DNA of 64,000 nucleotides, taken from positions 71,609 through 135,608 of the forward strand of contig CAWIDT010000006.1 in the NCBI GenBank assembly GCA_963834945.1, read 5' to 3'. Positions 29,170 through 39,847 of the stretch are shown here, piece after piece; the stretch's first letter is position 1, and every line of letters begins with the position of its first letter. Source of the DNA: an uncultured Alphaproteobacteria bacterium. GTDB lineage: Bacteria > Pseudomonadota > Alphaproteobacteria > Rhizobiales > Rhodomicrobiaceae. Below the pieces are notes generated by a model. The model was not told the DNA's origin, made no database searches, and worked only from the letters and a program-made list of their open reading frames with translations. A program made the translations under genes and the position numbers.

Positions 29170-30570
29170 ATGGGCAAGACGCTGTACGACAAAATCTGGG
29201 ATGATCATCTGGTCGATGAACAGCTGGACGGCACCTGCCTCATTTACATTGACCGTCACCTCGTTCACGAGGTGACAAGCCCGCAGGCCTTCGAAGGCTT
29301 GCGCATGTCCGGCCGCACGGTTCGCGCGCCGGAAAAGACGCTCGCCGTGGTCGATCACAACGTCCCGACCACCGATCGCTCCAAGGGCATCTCCGATCCG
29401 GAATCGGCGTTGCAGGTGGAAACACTGGCGAAGAACGCCGCCGAATTCGGCGTCGAATATTACGACGAGAATGACATCCGCCAGGGCATCGTACATGTGA
29501 TCGGGCCGGAGCAGGGCTTCACCCTGCCGGGCATGACGATCGTGTGCGGCGACAGCCATACCTCGACCCATGGCGCGTTCGGCGCGCTGGCCCACGGCAT
29601 CGGCACGTCGGAGGTCGAGCACGTGCTTGCGACGCAGACGCTGATCCAGGGCAAAGCCAAGAACATGCGCATCACGGTGGACGGCCAGCTTGGCAATGGC
29701 GTCACCGCGAAGGATATCATCCTCGCCATCATCGGCGAGATCGGTACTGCCGGCGGCACCGGCTATGTCATGGAATATGCCGGCGAGGCGATCCGCGCGC
29801 TGTCGATGGAAGGCCGGATGACGGTCTGCAACATGTCCATCGAGGGCGGCGCGCGCGCCGGGCTGATCGCGCCGGACGAGACCACCTTCGCCTATATCAA
29901 GGGCCGCCCGCGCGCGCCGAAGGGCGCCGCCTGGGACGCCGCGATGCGCTATTGGAGCACGCTGCAATCCGACGCCGACGCCCATTTCGACCGCGAAGTG
30001 AGGCTCGACGCCGCCAATCTGCCGCCGCTCGTCACCTGGGGCACCAGCCCGGAAGACGTGGTCGCCATCACCGGCGCGGTTCCGGACCCCGACGCGGTCA
30101 CCGACGAAAACAAGCGCGCCGCGATGAAGCGCTCGCTCGACTATATGGGTCTCGCCGCCGGCACGCGGATGACAGACATTGCCATCGACCGCGTCTTCCT
30201 CGGCTCATGCACCAATGGCCGCATCGAGGATTTACGCGCCGCCGCCAAGATGATCGAAGGCCGCCATGTGCATGACCGCGTCAACGCCATGGTCGTGCCC
30301 GGCTCCGGCCTCGTCAAGGAGCAGGCCGAGGCCGAAGGGCTGGACAAGATCTTCCTCGCCGCTGGCTTCGAATGGCGCGAGCCCGGCTGCTCCATGTGCC
30401 TCGCCATGAACCCCGACAAGCTCGCCCCCGGCGAGCGCTGCGCCTCCACCTCGAACCGCAATTTCGAAGGCCGCCAGGGTTTCCGCGGCCGCACGCATCT
30501 GGTGTCGCCTGTCATGGCGGCCGCGGCGGCGGTGGCGGGGCGGTTTGTGGATATTCGGCAGTTGGGCTGA
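29170..30570 (+). CDS. leuC: 3-isopropylmalate dehydratase large subunit
   Basis: [44 protein letters not shown]. Confidence 0.98.
   Translation: MGKTLYDKIWDDHLVDEQLDGTCLIYIDRHLVHEVTSPQAFEGLRMSGRTVRAPEKTLAVVDHNVPTTDRSKGISDPESALQVETLAKNAAEFGVEYYDENDIRQGIVHVIGPEQGFTLPGMTIVCGDSHTSTHGAFGALAHGIGTSEVEHVLATQTLIQGKAKNMRITVDGQLGNGVTAKDIILAIIGEIGTAGGTGYVMEYAGEAIRALSMEGRMTVCNMSIEGGARAGLIAPDETTFAYIKGRPRAPKGAAWDAAMRYWSTLQSDADAHFDREVRLDAANLPPLVTWGTSPEDVVAITGAVPDPDAVTDENKRAAMKRSLDYMGLAAGTRMTDIAIDRVFLGSCTNGRIEDLRAAAKMIEGRHVHDRVNAMVVPGSGLVKEQAEAEGLDKIFLAAGFEWREPGCSMCLAMNPDKLAPGERCASTSNRNFEGRQGFRGRTHLVSPVMAAAAAVAGRFVDIRQLG
30399..30427 (+). repeat. Direct repeat copy 1 (inside leuC 3' end)
   Basis: CCTCGCCATGAACCCCGACAAGCTCGCCC; 28/29 match at 32041-32069. 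Confidence 0.75.
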
Positions 30571-30648
30571 GGGAGCTTGCTTCGGCGTTGTGACTTGATC
30601 GCAAATTCGAAAGCGTTTACAGCACATGTTTTTAGCATGGGCAGAGAG

Positions 30649-31104
30649 ATGAACGATTTCGAGAAGATATTGATTGGTGCGCTGCTGGGCGCTTTCTTGA
30701 CATATGTTCCTAGATTCCTTGCAAACAAGCAAAAACTAGCTGCGCATCGCGCATGACTTTGTATTGAAATTGAAAAATGCCTTCAAATGTCAAATACATA
30801 TTTAACAGATAACATACAAGCTCCCGCATATAGGCTTCCATCACTTGGATTAGCACAATCAATCCCACAAATACTCAGCATCGGAACAATAAGTGGAACA
30901 CAAATTGCGGCCATCCAAGATTTTTATATTGAGGTCGCGGCCTTGAATTGTGGCCTCGATCAGGCGGATAAACAAATTGGAATTGATGGTCGGCTGGAAC
31001 AAGAATATAGACGCAACCTCCTGAAGTCTAAAAATATCGTCGTGCGGCATGAGAAAGCAAAGCAAGCTGCGGAACAGGTAACGAAATGGCCGTGGATAGT
31101 TTGA
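30649..31104 (+). pseudogene. AT-rich hypothetical gene with in-frame TGA
   Basis: MNDFEKILIGALLGAFLTYVPRF.. from 30649, TGA at 30754-30756, same frame continues into ORF 30787..31104. Confidence 0.55.
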
Positions 31105-31304
31105 TCGACGGTCTGATCTGTTGCAAGATGAACCCCGATCAACTTAATCACTGGGAAGGCTAAGCCGACCGCTGAGACCTGATGGATGCGTTGATCAGAC
31201 AGCCTGATCTGGACGCAATACGCCCTCGAGCCGAGCCTCGCGGTGTAAATCGCCGATTTCGCGACGGACTCGCTATCTCTCGCTATCTATTGCCAGTACG
31301 CCCG

Positions 31305-31889
31305 TTAGCGGCGGCGCGGGGGAACGACGTCCTTGAAGGCGTCAAAAGACTTCCATGCGGGTTCAACAGGCGTGCTTCCCTCGCAGGGCAGGTACTGCGA
31401 CGGCACGCCGGCCTGAAGATTGGAGATGTAGCGCGGGCAATTCGGAAAGATATGCTCCGGTACGACCCTTACGAGAAGTTGCGCTCCGGGCATGTCCCGC
31501 AGCATCGGATCGTCGAGGTGAATGGTGGCCTTGCCGTTCACGCGCAAGCGCTGAGGCTTGTCCCCCAGCGCGATGAACAGCAGGCCAACCTGAGGGTTGA
31601 CCTGAATGTTTCCAAGGCTCTTGAACATGCCGTTGCCGTCATAGTCGGGGAAGATCAGGAGATCCGGCGCGGGAACCCTGACAAAGCCGGCGGCGCCGCC
31701 CTTGAAGGAGCAATCGGGCCGCCCCTCGATATCTGCCGTGGCCAGGAAAAAGAAGCCCTGGCTTTCGATAAACGCCTTGTCGTCATCCTTGAAGCGGTAG
31801 CGCCAAAGCCGCTCGACCAGACGGTCCGCCAGCGGCCTGGAGCCGAACCGGTCCTGAAGCTCACGGTTGCCATCGTGATACATGGGCAT
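31305..31889 (-). CDS. Pyridoxamine 5'-phosphate oxidase family (FMN-binding split barrel)
   Basis: FFFLATAD, PDCSFKGG, FPDYDGNGMFKSLGN, RLRVNG, NCPRYI. Confidence 0.9.
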   Translation of the reverse strand: MPMYHDGNRELQDRFGSRPLADRLVERLWRYRFKDDDKAFIESQGFFFLATADIEGRPDCSFKGGAAGFVRVPAPDLLIFPDYDGNGMFKSLGNIQVNPQVGLLFIALGDKPQRLRVNGKATIHLDDPMLRDMPGAQLLVRVVPEHIFPNCPRYISNLQAGVPSQYLPCEGSTPVEPAWKSFDAFKDVVPPRRR

Positions 31890-32040
31890 GACACTCTCCC
31901 CGGCGTTGGCGAATGCCAAAAAGCCTAGGTGAGTGCGAACAGCGATGCAACCGGACAAATGATTGTCGACGCGCGGCCTTGGCTGCTTGAGGCGATTGTC
32001 GGCTTCGGAATTTTCGCGCGTTCTGACGGCGATATCGCCA

Positions 32041-32069
32041 CCTCGCCATGAACCTCGACAAGCTCGCCC
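32041..32069 (+). repeat. Direct repeat copy 2 (orphan leuC fragment)
   Basis: CCTCGCCATGAACCTCGACAAGCTCGCCC, then degenerate continuation ..GCGCTGCG. Confidence 0.75.
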
Positions 32070-32100
32070 GTGCGACCGCGCTGCGGGAATTGGAAAGCCG

Positions 32101-32835
32101 CTATTCTTGCGTTGCTTTTTCCAGCGTTAGATAGTGGCTTTTCCACGCGCTTCTGGGGATTTCTTTCCCGACCAGAAACGCGAATGAAACCACCTGCCGC
32201 AAGTCCCGTGTGACCTGGCATCTGTATCTGACGTCAAACCAGCTTTGCTTGCTGCGGAACGCTCCGCCCGTCGCTTCAAGCGTCAGTTGACCCAGCGTTG
32301 CGTCGGACATGGCGTCGGCTACGAGATAGTCCGGCTCAAATTCGGGCCTCGACCGGTGGATCTGCTCCATTGCTTCAATATTGCAGAGCTGCGTGATCCG
32401 GTCATCGCTCGCCAGCAGCGGCAAAGTCCGTCTAACTTGCTCGGCGTGGGGGTCAGCCAGCACATTTGCGGAGAAGAGTTGTGTCGCCTCGTTCATGGGT
32501 TCGACCGGGGCGGCATGTATCGTCTCAACCGGCGGCGAAACCGGCGATGGCCGTGCCCCGGTAGGACGGCTCTCGGCGGGCGGCCTCGACGGCTCCCGAA
32601 CGATATTGGGCCTGGACACAGCCTCGAACTGCTCGCGAGTCAAAATGCGAACCGTTATTTTATGTTGCTCCGGAGCAGAGCTCGGCGCAAACACGGCCGG
32701 CTGCCGCGCGAGAGTGATGCCGACGGCGACATGAAGAGCGAGCGAAGCCGCGGCGGCCCAACCGATTTCCCGGTTTCGCAACGAAGTTGCGTCGGCGGAG
32801 CGGGTCAGAATTCCGGGATCGGCAAAGGTGGCCAT
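32101..32835 (-). CDS. DUF930 domain protein
   Basis: TM SLALHV, Pro-rich linker, QLCNIEAMEQI, GGAFRS..W, F.VGKEIPRSAW; start uncertain. Confidence 0.75.
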   Translation of the reverse strand: MATFADPGILTRSADATSLRNREIGWAAAASLALHVAVGITLARQPAVFAPSSAPEQHKITVRILTREQFEAVSRPNIVREPSRPPAESRPTGARPSPVSPPVETIHAAPVEPMNEATQLFSANVLADPHAEQVRRTLPLLASDDRITQLCNIEAMEQIHRSRPEFEPDYLVADAMSDATLGQLTLEATGGAFRSKQSWFDVRYRCQVTRDLRQVVSFAFLVGKEIPRSAWKSHYLTLEKATQE

Positions 32836-33103
32836 GAGCGTGATTTCGGGCAAAGCACATCTCGATACAGACGCCTCAATTCGCAGAGGCTCATAAACCG
32901 CATCACGCAGTTTCGGTCTGTCCACGATCAATTCGGTATGAAAATGGTGCGAATCGGGCTGTTTCAAGACCGGGTGCGGGTCAGGCAATTTGGATCGATG
33001 TCCTAGCAGCAGGCTCACTTGGCCGCCTGATTAAACGAATGTTTCTCTCCGCCCTCCATGATATGCAACGCGGCGGCACCGTGGCTTGAGCTGGGCGAGG
33101 CGG

Positions 33104-34636
33104 ATGAAGGAAGTTCTGGAAGAATTGGCGCGGCGGCGCTCGACCGCAAGTCTGGGGGGCGGCGAGAAGCGCATTGCGGCGCAGCATAAGCGCGGCAAGC
33201 TGACCGCGCGCGAGCGGATCGAGCTGCTGCTCGACGACAAGTCCTTCGAAGAGTTCGGCATGTATGTCGAGCATCGCTGCACCGATTTCGGCATGGAGGA
33301 GGCAAAAATCCCAGGCGACGGCGTCGTCACCGGCTGGGGCACGATCAACGGCCGCACAGTCTATCTGTTCGCCAAGGATTTCACCGTGTTCGGCGGCTCG
33401 CTGTCGGAGGCGCATGCCGAGAAAATCACCAAAATCCAGGACATGGCGCTGCGCAGCCGCGCGCCTGTCATCGGCCTGTTCGACGCAGGGGGAGCGCGCA
33501 TCCAGGAGGGTGTGGCGGCGCTCGGCGGCTATGGCGAGGTGTTCCTGCGCAATGTGCTGTCCTCCGGCGTCGTGCCGCAGATTTCGGTGATCATGGGGCC
33601 GTGCGCGGGCGGCGATGTCTATTCGCCCGCCATGACCGACTTCATCTTCATGGTGAAGGACACCAGCTACATGTTCGTCACCGGCCCCGATGTGGTCCGC
33701 ACGGTGACCAACGAGGAAGTGACGGCGGAAGAGCTGGGCGGCGCGTCCGTCCACACGACGAAATCCTCCATCGCCGACCATGCCTACGAGAACGATGTCG
33801 AATGCCTGCTGCAGATGCGCCGGCTGATGGACTTCCTGCCCTCGAACAACCTTTCGGGCGTGCCGGTGCTGCCGACCCGCGACCGCTTCGACCGCTCCGA
33901 ACCGTCGCTCGACACGCTGCTGCCGGATAATCCGAACAAGCCATACGATATGCGTGAGCTGATCCTGAAAGTTGCCGACGAGGGCGATTTCTTCGAGATT
34001 CAGGCGGCCTACGCCCGCAACATCGTCACCGGCTTCGGACGCATCGAGGGGCATACGGTCGGGTTCGTGGCCAATCAGCCGATGGTGCTGGCGGGTGTGC
34101 TCGACTCGGATGCCAGCCGCAAGGCGGCGCGTTTCGTGCGTTTCTGCGATTGCTTTAACATCCCGCTCATCACCTTTGTCGACGTGCCCGGCTTCCTGCC
34201 CGGCACCGCCCAGGAATATGGCGGGCTGATCAAGCATGGGGCCAAGCTGCTCTTCGCTTTCGCCGAAGCGACCGTGCCGAAAGTGACGGTGATCACGCGC
34301 AAGGCCTATGGCGGCGCCTATGACGTGATGTCCTCAAAGCATATTCGCGGCGACGTGAACTATGCCTGGCCGACCGCCGAAATCGCGGTGATGGGCCCCA
34401 AGGGCGCGGCGGAAATCCTCTATCGCGGCGAACTGAACGACCCGGAAAAGATCGCCGCCCGCACCAAGGAATACCAGGACCGCTTCGCCAACCCGTTCGT
34501 GGCCGCCGAGCGCGGCTATATCGACGAAGTGATCCGTCCGCGCAACACGCGCGGACGCATCGCCCGCGCGCTCAACATGCTGCGCAACAAGACGGTCGAG
34601 AACCCATGGAAGAAGCACGATAATATTCCGCTTTGA
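33104..34636 (+). CDS. pccB: Propionyl-CoA carboxylase beta subunit
   Basis: [49 protein letters not shown]. Confidence 0.95.
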   Translation: MKEVLEELARRRSTASLGGGEKRIAAQHKRGKLTARERIELLLDDKSFEEFGMYVEHRCTDFGMEEAKIPGDGVVTGWGTINGRTVYLFAKDFTVFGGSLSEAHAEKITKIQDMALRSRAPVIGLFDAGGARIQEGVAALGGYGEVFLRNVLSSGVVPQISVIMGPCAGGDVYSPAMTDFIFMVKDTSYMFVTGPDVVRTVTNEEVTAEELGGASVHTTKSSIADHAYENDVECLLQMRRLMDFLPSNNLSGVPVLPTRDRFDRSEPSLDTLLPDNPNKPYDMRELILKVADEGDFFEIQAAYARNIVTGFGRIEGHTVGFVANQPMVLAGVLDSDASRKAARFVRFCDCFNIPLITFVDVPGFLPGTAQEYGGLIKHGAKLLFAFAEATVPKVTVITRKAYGGAYDVMSSKHIRGDVNYAWPTAEIAVMGPKGAAEILYRGELNDPEKIAARTKEYQDRFANPFVAAERGYIDEVIRPRNTRGRIARALNMLRNKTVENPWKKHDNIPL

Positions 34637-34716
34637 GGGGTGAAGCACGAGTGCCATGATCCGGCGGCATGGCTTTGCCCGGCGGTGGAGCTATGAGACG
34701 TTCGGGGGGAGCTTCC

Positions 34717-35076
34717 ATGGAATACGCGGCCTTCGTGCTCACCGGCCTCGTGATGGTGATCCACATCTATATCGTTCTGCTGGAGACGGTTCTGTTTCGC
34801 TCGCTCGGCGTCAGGGCATTCGCCATTCCGGCCGATCGGGTCGACGAAATGGCGCCGGTGCTGTCGAATCAGGGCTGCTACAATCTGTTCCTGGTAGCGG
34901 CACTGGCAATGGGGCTGTTCTATGCGGAGGAGGAGATTGCGCAAGCCTTCGTGGTTTACGGGCTCGTCTGCGTGATCATCGCGGGCGTCTGGGGCGCGAT
35001 CACCGTGGCGCGGAAAATCTTCTTCATCCAGACGGTTCCCGCCGCGATCGCCCTGGCGGCGGTGCTGGCGTCCTAG
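34717..35076 (+). CDS. DUF1304 family membrane protein
   Basis: IHIYIVLLE, NQGCYNLFL, FFIQTVPA. Confidence 0.85.
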   Translation: MEYAAFVLTGLVMVIHIYIVLLETVLFRSLGVRAFAIPADRVDEMAPVLSNQGCYNLFLVAALAMGLFYAEEEIAQAFVVYGLVCVIIAGVWGAITVARKIFFIQTVPAAIALAAVLAS

Positions 35077-35178
35077 AGCATTTTCCAGCAAAGTGGACGC
35101 CGGTTTGCGTCGAGAAAATGCGAGAAAACAAAGAATTAGAGCCGCGCTCCGATTCAATCGGAGCGGAAAAGGCTCTAG
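35073..35178. repeat. RIME-like repeat type A copy 2
   Basis: Reverse complement of 13049-13154 with few mismatches; its first CTAG contains the upstream gene's stop. Confidence 0.9.
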
Positions 35179-35270
35179 ATCATGATCGGAAACGATCATG
35201 ATCTAGATTCCTTTGTTTTCGCACGATTTTTCGGGAAAACCGGTGTCCACTTTTCCCGATCGTGCTCAAG
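35175..35270. repeat. RIME-like repeat type B copy 1
   Basis: CTTTGTTTTCGCACGATTTTTCGGGAAAACCGGTGTCCACTTTTCCCGATCGTGCTC closely matched at 62756-62860. Confidence 0.85.
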
Positions 35271-35278
35271 CATACGCG

Positions 35279-36418
35279 TCAGCGGGTCTGCGGCTCCAGA
35301 TTCTGCCCGCTGACCCAGCCGGCGATGCCCAGGTAGCGCACATGGCACCATTCATCGTCGCAGCCGCCGATGGGAACGATGCCGGTCGCGTAAGATGGGA
35401 TCTTACCGACGACCTTGGCATGGGCGTTCGGATAGTCGAGCACATCCACTGAGCCCCACAGCTCCACGCCCTTGGCCTGGAACATCTGGCTTGATTCCAC
35501 CGATGCGTCCGCCAGATGCCGCCGCGCCACCCAGCCGCTCACATCGCCGTGGCGGACGAGGCACCATTTCTCGACGCACTTATGCAGACCTTCCACGTCT
35601 GTCGCCCCATTCGGAATCCAGCCCAGGATCCGGGACGTCCCGTCCGGCTCCTCGCGCATGGCGAGCGAGCTTTGTCCCCCAAGTCCGGCAAGCGTATAGG
35701 TCTTGTTGTCGCCGTCATGCGGCTCCAGCGCCGCCGCAGAAGGCTGCACCGCGGCATGCGTCGCGGTCGGCTCATTTTTATTCAGCGCCTTGCTTTCGTC
35801 CACGGTGATGGTTTGCGCCAGCGCGGCGGTAGTGCCTTGCGCTTTGGCGTCATCGACCAACGCGAATGCCTCCGCTTTCAGCCAGCCGGCGAGATCGCCC
35901 GAGCGCACGTAGCACCAATCCCGGATGCAGCTGCCAAGACCTTCCACGGTCTCGGCTTCCGGCGGCAGAATACCCGCGACTGGCAGTCGCTCATCGGCGA
36001 ATGCGTAAACCGTCAGGGGAACACCCTCATGCTTGGCCAGTTGCAGTGTTTTCTTGACTGCCAGGGATCGGAGCTGAGCCGGTGTGGGCGCGGACGCGGC
36101 AGCAGTATCTTGCGGCGCGGGCTCGTCCTCGGCGAGATAGCGGGCGAACACCCAGCCTTTCAGGCCCTCATACTCAACCGGACACCAGCCATCATCGCAT
36201 GGCCCGGTCGCTCTAAGCCCGCGCGCATCGCCGGGTATGTAGGCGAGGACGTCGGATCTGTTGTCCGGCTCCTCGCGCAAATGAATCCGGGCCGTCGGCG
36301 CGATGTCGATAACGTGCCAGCTCTGCGCCGCCCTTGCCGACGAATACACCGGATGAAGCCCGATCGCCCAAAAAGGTGTGACTGACGCAATGATTGCGAT
36401 CCCACGCCACACACTCAT
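35279..36418 (-). CDS. Secreted protein with four bacterial SH3-like domains
   Basis: Repeated (L)RxxP..IP..C..WC.V.Y...GWV units; signal peptide. Confidence 0.85.
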   Translation of the reverse strand: MSVWRGIAIIASVTPFWAIGLHPVYSSARAAQSWHVIDIAPTARIHLREEPDNRSDVLAYIPGDARGLRATGPCDDGWCPVEYEGLKGWVFARYLAEDEPAPQDTAAASAPTPAQLRSLAVKKTLQLAKHEGVPLTVYAFADERLPVAGILPPEAETVEGLGSCIRDWCYVRSGDLAGWLKAEAFALVDDAKAQGTTAALAQTITVDESKALNKNEPTATHAAVQPSAAALEPHDGDNKTYTLAGLGGQSSLAMREEPDGTSRILGWIPNGATDVEGLHKCVEKWCLVRHGDVSGWVARRHLADASVESSQMFQAKGVELWGSVDVLDYPNAHAKVVGKIPSYATGIVPIGGCDDEWCHVRYLGIAGWVSGQNLEPQTR

Positions 36419-36641
36419 TACACACTCCCTAACGCACCACGCCCCAGATTATCGGAACATTTTCTCGCGGCGATGGAGTTACGTCCAAGCTTCCAGTTTG
36501 ACGGTCTCTGCAAAAAGCCGCGCTGCGACCGCAAGGCCGAGCGCGGTTTTCTTCCAATGAAGACGAACCCATACTCTCGCCGGATAATGCAACAATGCGT
36601 TTCAAATGTGAATTGAATTGTAATCGCAGGTTAATGGGAAT

Positions 36642-37826
36642 TCAGCGGTTTTCCTCGAACAGCTCACGCCCGATCAGCATGCGCCGGATTTCGCTGGTGC
36701 CCGCTCCGATTTCATAAAGTTTTGCGTCTCTTAGCAGGCGCCCGGTGGGGTAATCATTGATATATCCATTGCCGCCCAGGATCTGTATGGCTTCGAGTGC
36801 CATGCCGGTTGCTTTCTCCGCCGCATAGAGAATTACCCCAGCCGAGTCCTTGCGCGTGGTCTCGCCGCGATCGCTGGCCTTCGCCACCGCGTAGACGTAG
36901 GCGCGGCAGGCGTTCATCGTGGTGTAGAGGTCCGCCAGCTTGCCCTGCATGAGCTGAAACGAGCCGATCGGCTGGCCGAACTGCTTGCGCTCCTGCGTAT
37001 AGGGCAACACCACGTCCATCACCGACCGCATGATGCCAAGCGGACCGGCGGCGAGCACGATCCGCTCATAATCCAGCCCCGACATGAGAACGCGCACGCC
37101 GCCATTGATCTCGCCGAGGACGTTCTCCGCCGGCACCTCGCAATCCGTAAACACCAGTTCGCAGGTGTCGGAGCCGCGCATCCCCAGCTTGTCGAGCTTG
37201 GGTTCAGCGCTGAAACCGGGAGAACTCTTTTCGACGAGAAAGGCCGTGATGCCGCGCGCGCCGGCCTCCGGATCGGTCTTGGCATAGACGACGAGCACAT
37301 CCGCCTGCGGGCCGTTGGTGATCCACATTTTCGTGCCGTTCAGCACATAACGGTCGCCCTTCTTCTGCGCGCGCAGCTTCATCGACACCACGTCCGACCC
37401 GGCGCCCGCCTCCGACATGGCCAGTGCGCCGACATGCTCGCCGGAAATCAATCCGGGCAAATGGCGGCGCTTCTGGTCGGGCGAGCCGGCGCGACGGATC
37501 TGGTTGATGCAAAGATTGGAATGCGCCCCATAGGAGAGCCCCACCGAGGCCGAGGCGCGGCTCACTTCCTCCATCGCCACGCAATGTTCCAGATAGCCGA
37601 GACCCGATCCGCCCCATTCCTCCTCAACGGTAATGCCATGCAGGCCGAGCGCACCGAGCTTGGGCCACAGATCGCGGGGAAAGACGTTGCTCCGGTCGAT
37701 TTCGTCGGCGCGGGGAGCGATCTCGGCATCGCAAAAATTCGCCGCCGTTTCGCGTAGCAGATCAGCCGTTTCCCCAAGGCCGAAATTCAGCTCGCTCCGA
37801 TAATTTTTACCGTTTGCCGGTCGCAT
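36642..37826 (-). CDS. ivd: Isovaleryl-CoA dehydrogenase
   Basis: [54 protein letters not shown]. Confidence 0.95.
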   Translation of the reverse strand: MRPANGKNYRSELNFGLGETADLLRETAANFCDAEIAPRADEIDRSNVFPRDLWPKLGALGLHGITVEEEWGGSGLGYLEHCVAMEEVSRASASVGLSYGAHSNLCINQIRRAGSPDQKRRHLPGLISGEHVGALAMSEAGAGSDVVSMKLRAQKKGDRYVLNGTKMWITNGPQADVLVVYAKTDPEAGARGITAFLVEKSSPGFSAEPKLDKLGMRGSDTCELVFTDCEVPAENVLGEINGGVRVLMSGLDYERIVLAAGPLGIMRSVMDVVLPYTQERKQFGQPIGSFQLMQGKLADLYTTMNACRAYVYAVAKASDRGETTRKDSAGVILYAAEKATGMALEAIQILGGNGYINDYPTGRLLRDAKLYEIGAGTSEIRRMLIGRELFEENR

Positions 37827-37948
37827 CTTTTTTATCGCCGTTAACAGGTCCATATTGGTGCGAACAGCTTGCCCGTTTTCGAGGCAGGCCGGAACAAAAA
37901 TCACGCTGCCGAGGACCATAGCGGGGATACCCGCGAGAGGAGCCGCTC

Positions 37949-39217
37949 ATGTTCATGAGCTCTGTGCCGCGTGCCGCCGCGGCAGCGGTGGCATTCGGTT
38001 TGTTGCTCGTTCCGCTCGGCCCGCTGGCCGCGCAAACCGCGGCGAAACCGGAGGCGGCGCCGGAAGCCTCAGGCCCCTCCGCGGCCGACAAGGCGGCCGC
38101 CGAGGATGCGGAGGCACGGCTGGCGCGCAGGAAAGCCAGCGAACTGCTCTCCGCCATCGACAGCCTTCTCACCCGCACGGCTAAGGAGCGCGGCAACCTG
38201 AAGGACCTGCCCAGCCGCGACAGCTATGTCATTCCGCCGCTGTGGACGGAGACGAAGGAAGACCGGGAGAAGCAGATCCGCCAGCTGCTGGATTCGGTGC
38301 TTGAGATCGTCACCGATGCGCCCGTGGTGCAGATGCAGGGCAAGCTGCAGGAGCGCCGGAAGGCCATTGCCGGGATCAAAGATCAGATCAGCCAGTTGCG
38401 GCAAAAGCGGCTGAGCGCCCCCGAAGGCGGGCTGATGCCCAGCATCCTGACGGACACGCAGGCTTCGATCGACAGCAAGATCGCCGATCTGGAAGCGCGG
38501 ATCAAAGCCAATGAGGACGAGATCGGCAAGATCAAGGGCGATATCAAGGCGGCCCTGAAGCAGGCCGGTGTCGATATTGCCGACGACCAGCTCGACCTGC
38601 TGCTCGACAGTGTGCTCGGCGGCGATCTCATCAAGCTGGTGACGGCGTTCCAGGCGGCGCGCGCGGTGGACGACAGGCTTGGCGTGCTGCTCAGCCAGTC
38701 GAATGAGGATGTAAAGGCGGCGCGGCGCTATTTCGCCATGCATGCGGCGCTGTTCGCGATGATCGTGCACGCGCAGGACATATTGATCGAGAAGATCGAC
38801 ACCATCTATGTCACCAAGCTGAAGACGATTCTCGGCGATATCAAGGATACGCGGGAGGCAAGCCGCAAGCTGCTTTCCGGCCAGAACCGCCCCGATCAGC
38901 AGCGTGCGCTGGATGCCAATGTCAATGCGCAGAACTTTGCCGAAAAGGTCGCCAGCTTCTACCGCGACTATCTGCTGACGCAGCGCCGCCAGCTGGCCGA
39001 GGCGCGCGAACGCACCCTCCGGGATCTGGCCATCGCCGACAATACCTATGAGACGGTGGAAGCCAGCTTCCAGCTTCGCCAGCTGATGGAGGACGCGCGC
39101 ACCTCGTTCGAGGCGCTGCAAAAGCTGGAAGCACCCGGCTTTGAGCAGGTGTTCCGTAACGAAACGCTGCGCAAGGAGTTCGAAAGCCTCACCCAGAAGA
39201 TCGGTCCGACCTCGTAA
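37949..39217 (+). CDS. Secreted coiled-coil hypothetical protein
   Basis: Signal peptide, long heptad-like helical region, GAGGAG RBS. Confidence 0.7.
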   Translation: MFMSSVPRAAAAAVAFGLLLVPLGPLAAQTAAKPEAAPEASGPSAADKAAAEDAEARLARRKASELLSAIDSLLTRTAKERGNLKDLPSRDSYVIPPLWTETKEDREKQIRQLLDSVLEIVTDAPVVQMQGKLQERRKAIAGIKDQISQLRQKRLSAPEGGLMPSILTDTQASIDSKIADLEARIKANEDEIGKIKGDIKAALKQAGVDIADDQLDLLLDSVLGGDLIKLVTAFQAARAVDDRLGVLLSQSNEDVKAARRYFAMHAALFAMIVHAQDILIEKIDTIYVTKLKTILGDIKDTREASRKLLSGQNRPDQQRALDANVNAQNFAEKVASFYRDYLLTQRRQLAEARERTLRDLAIADNTYETVEASFQLRQLMEDARTSFEALQKLEAPGFEQVFRNETLRKEFESLTQKIGPTS

Positions 39218-39283
39218 GCCGCTGGGGCAGACTTGGGTGAGTTCGAAGCGACATCCGCGAAATGCGATCTCGCTTGAGCCGCC

Positions 39284-39742
39284 TCACCAATTCTGGGCGA
39301 TGGGCTGGCCGTCGAAGATCTCGGCCAGCCTTTGCCGCGCACCGCGCACCAAATCGGCCGGCAGCCCGGTCAGCGGGAAAAAGCGCTGCTCCTGGATTTC
39401 GAAGGTTGGGGCCGGAACGCGCTGCTGCTCCCAATCCTGAACCACGAAAATCGCAATGTGGTCGCTGGGCGCCACCTGGAAATTGGCGAACAGACCGTGC
39501 AACCGGGGCTGCCCGCGTACTACCACACCCGTCTCTTCCTCCACCTCACGCGCCAGCGACGTCAGCAGCGTCTCGCGCCATTCCACCCCACCGCCGGGGA
39601 AATGCCAGCCGCGCCGGTAGCCGTGCCGGATCAGCAGGATATGCTCCTGCGGGTTGGTGATGACAGCCTGCACCCCGATGGTCATGCCCCGCGTGAGCCG
39701 CCAATAAGGAAATATCATCCGCTTCAAAATCTGTCTTTTCAC
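39284..39742 (-). CDS. NUDIX hydrolase
   Basis: FPGGGVEWRETLLTSLAREVEEETG Nudix box. Confidence 0.9.
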   Translation of the reverse strand: MKRQILKRMIFPYWRLTRGMTIGVQAVITNPQEHILLIRHGYRRGWHFPGGGVEWRETLLTSLAREVEEETGVVVRGQPRLHGLFANFQVAPSDHIAIFVVQDWEQQRVPAPTFEIQEQRFFPLTGLPADLVRGARQRLAEIFDGQPIAQNW

Positions 39743-39847
39743 AAGGTGGGCCTCCCGCGTCGGCGCTTAGGATGCATTTGGGGCTGTTGTGAGGCCTATG
39801 TGATTTGCTATGCAGGCAGCGTTCGTTTCACCCGGTCCGGCGCATCG

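Noticed and set aside
30754-30756. Selenocysteine recoding of the TGA
   Set aside because: No evident SECIS hairpin or redox motif context
34656-35452. ORFs 34656..35201, 35213..35452 (and 13012..13224)
   Set aside because: They are read-throughs of RIME repeats or alternative frames of real genes
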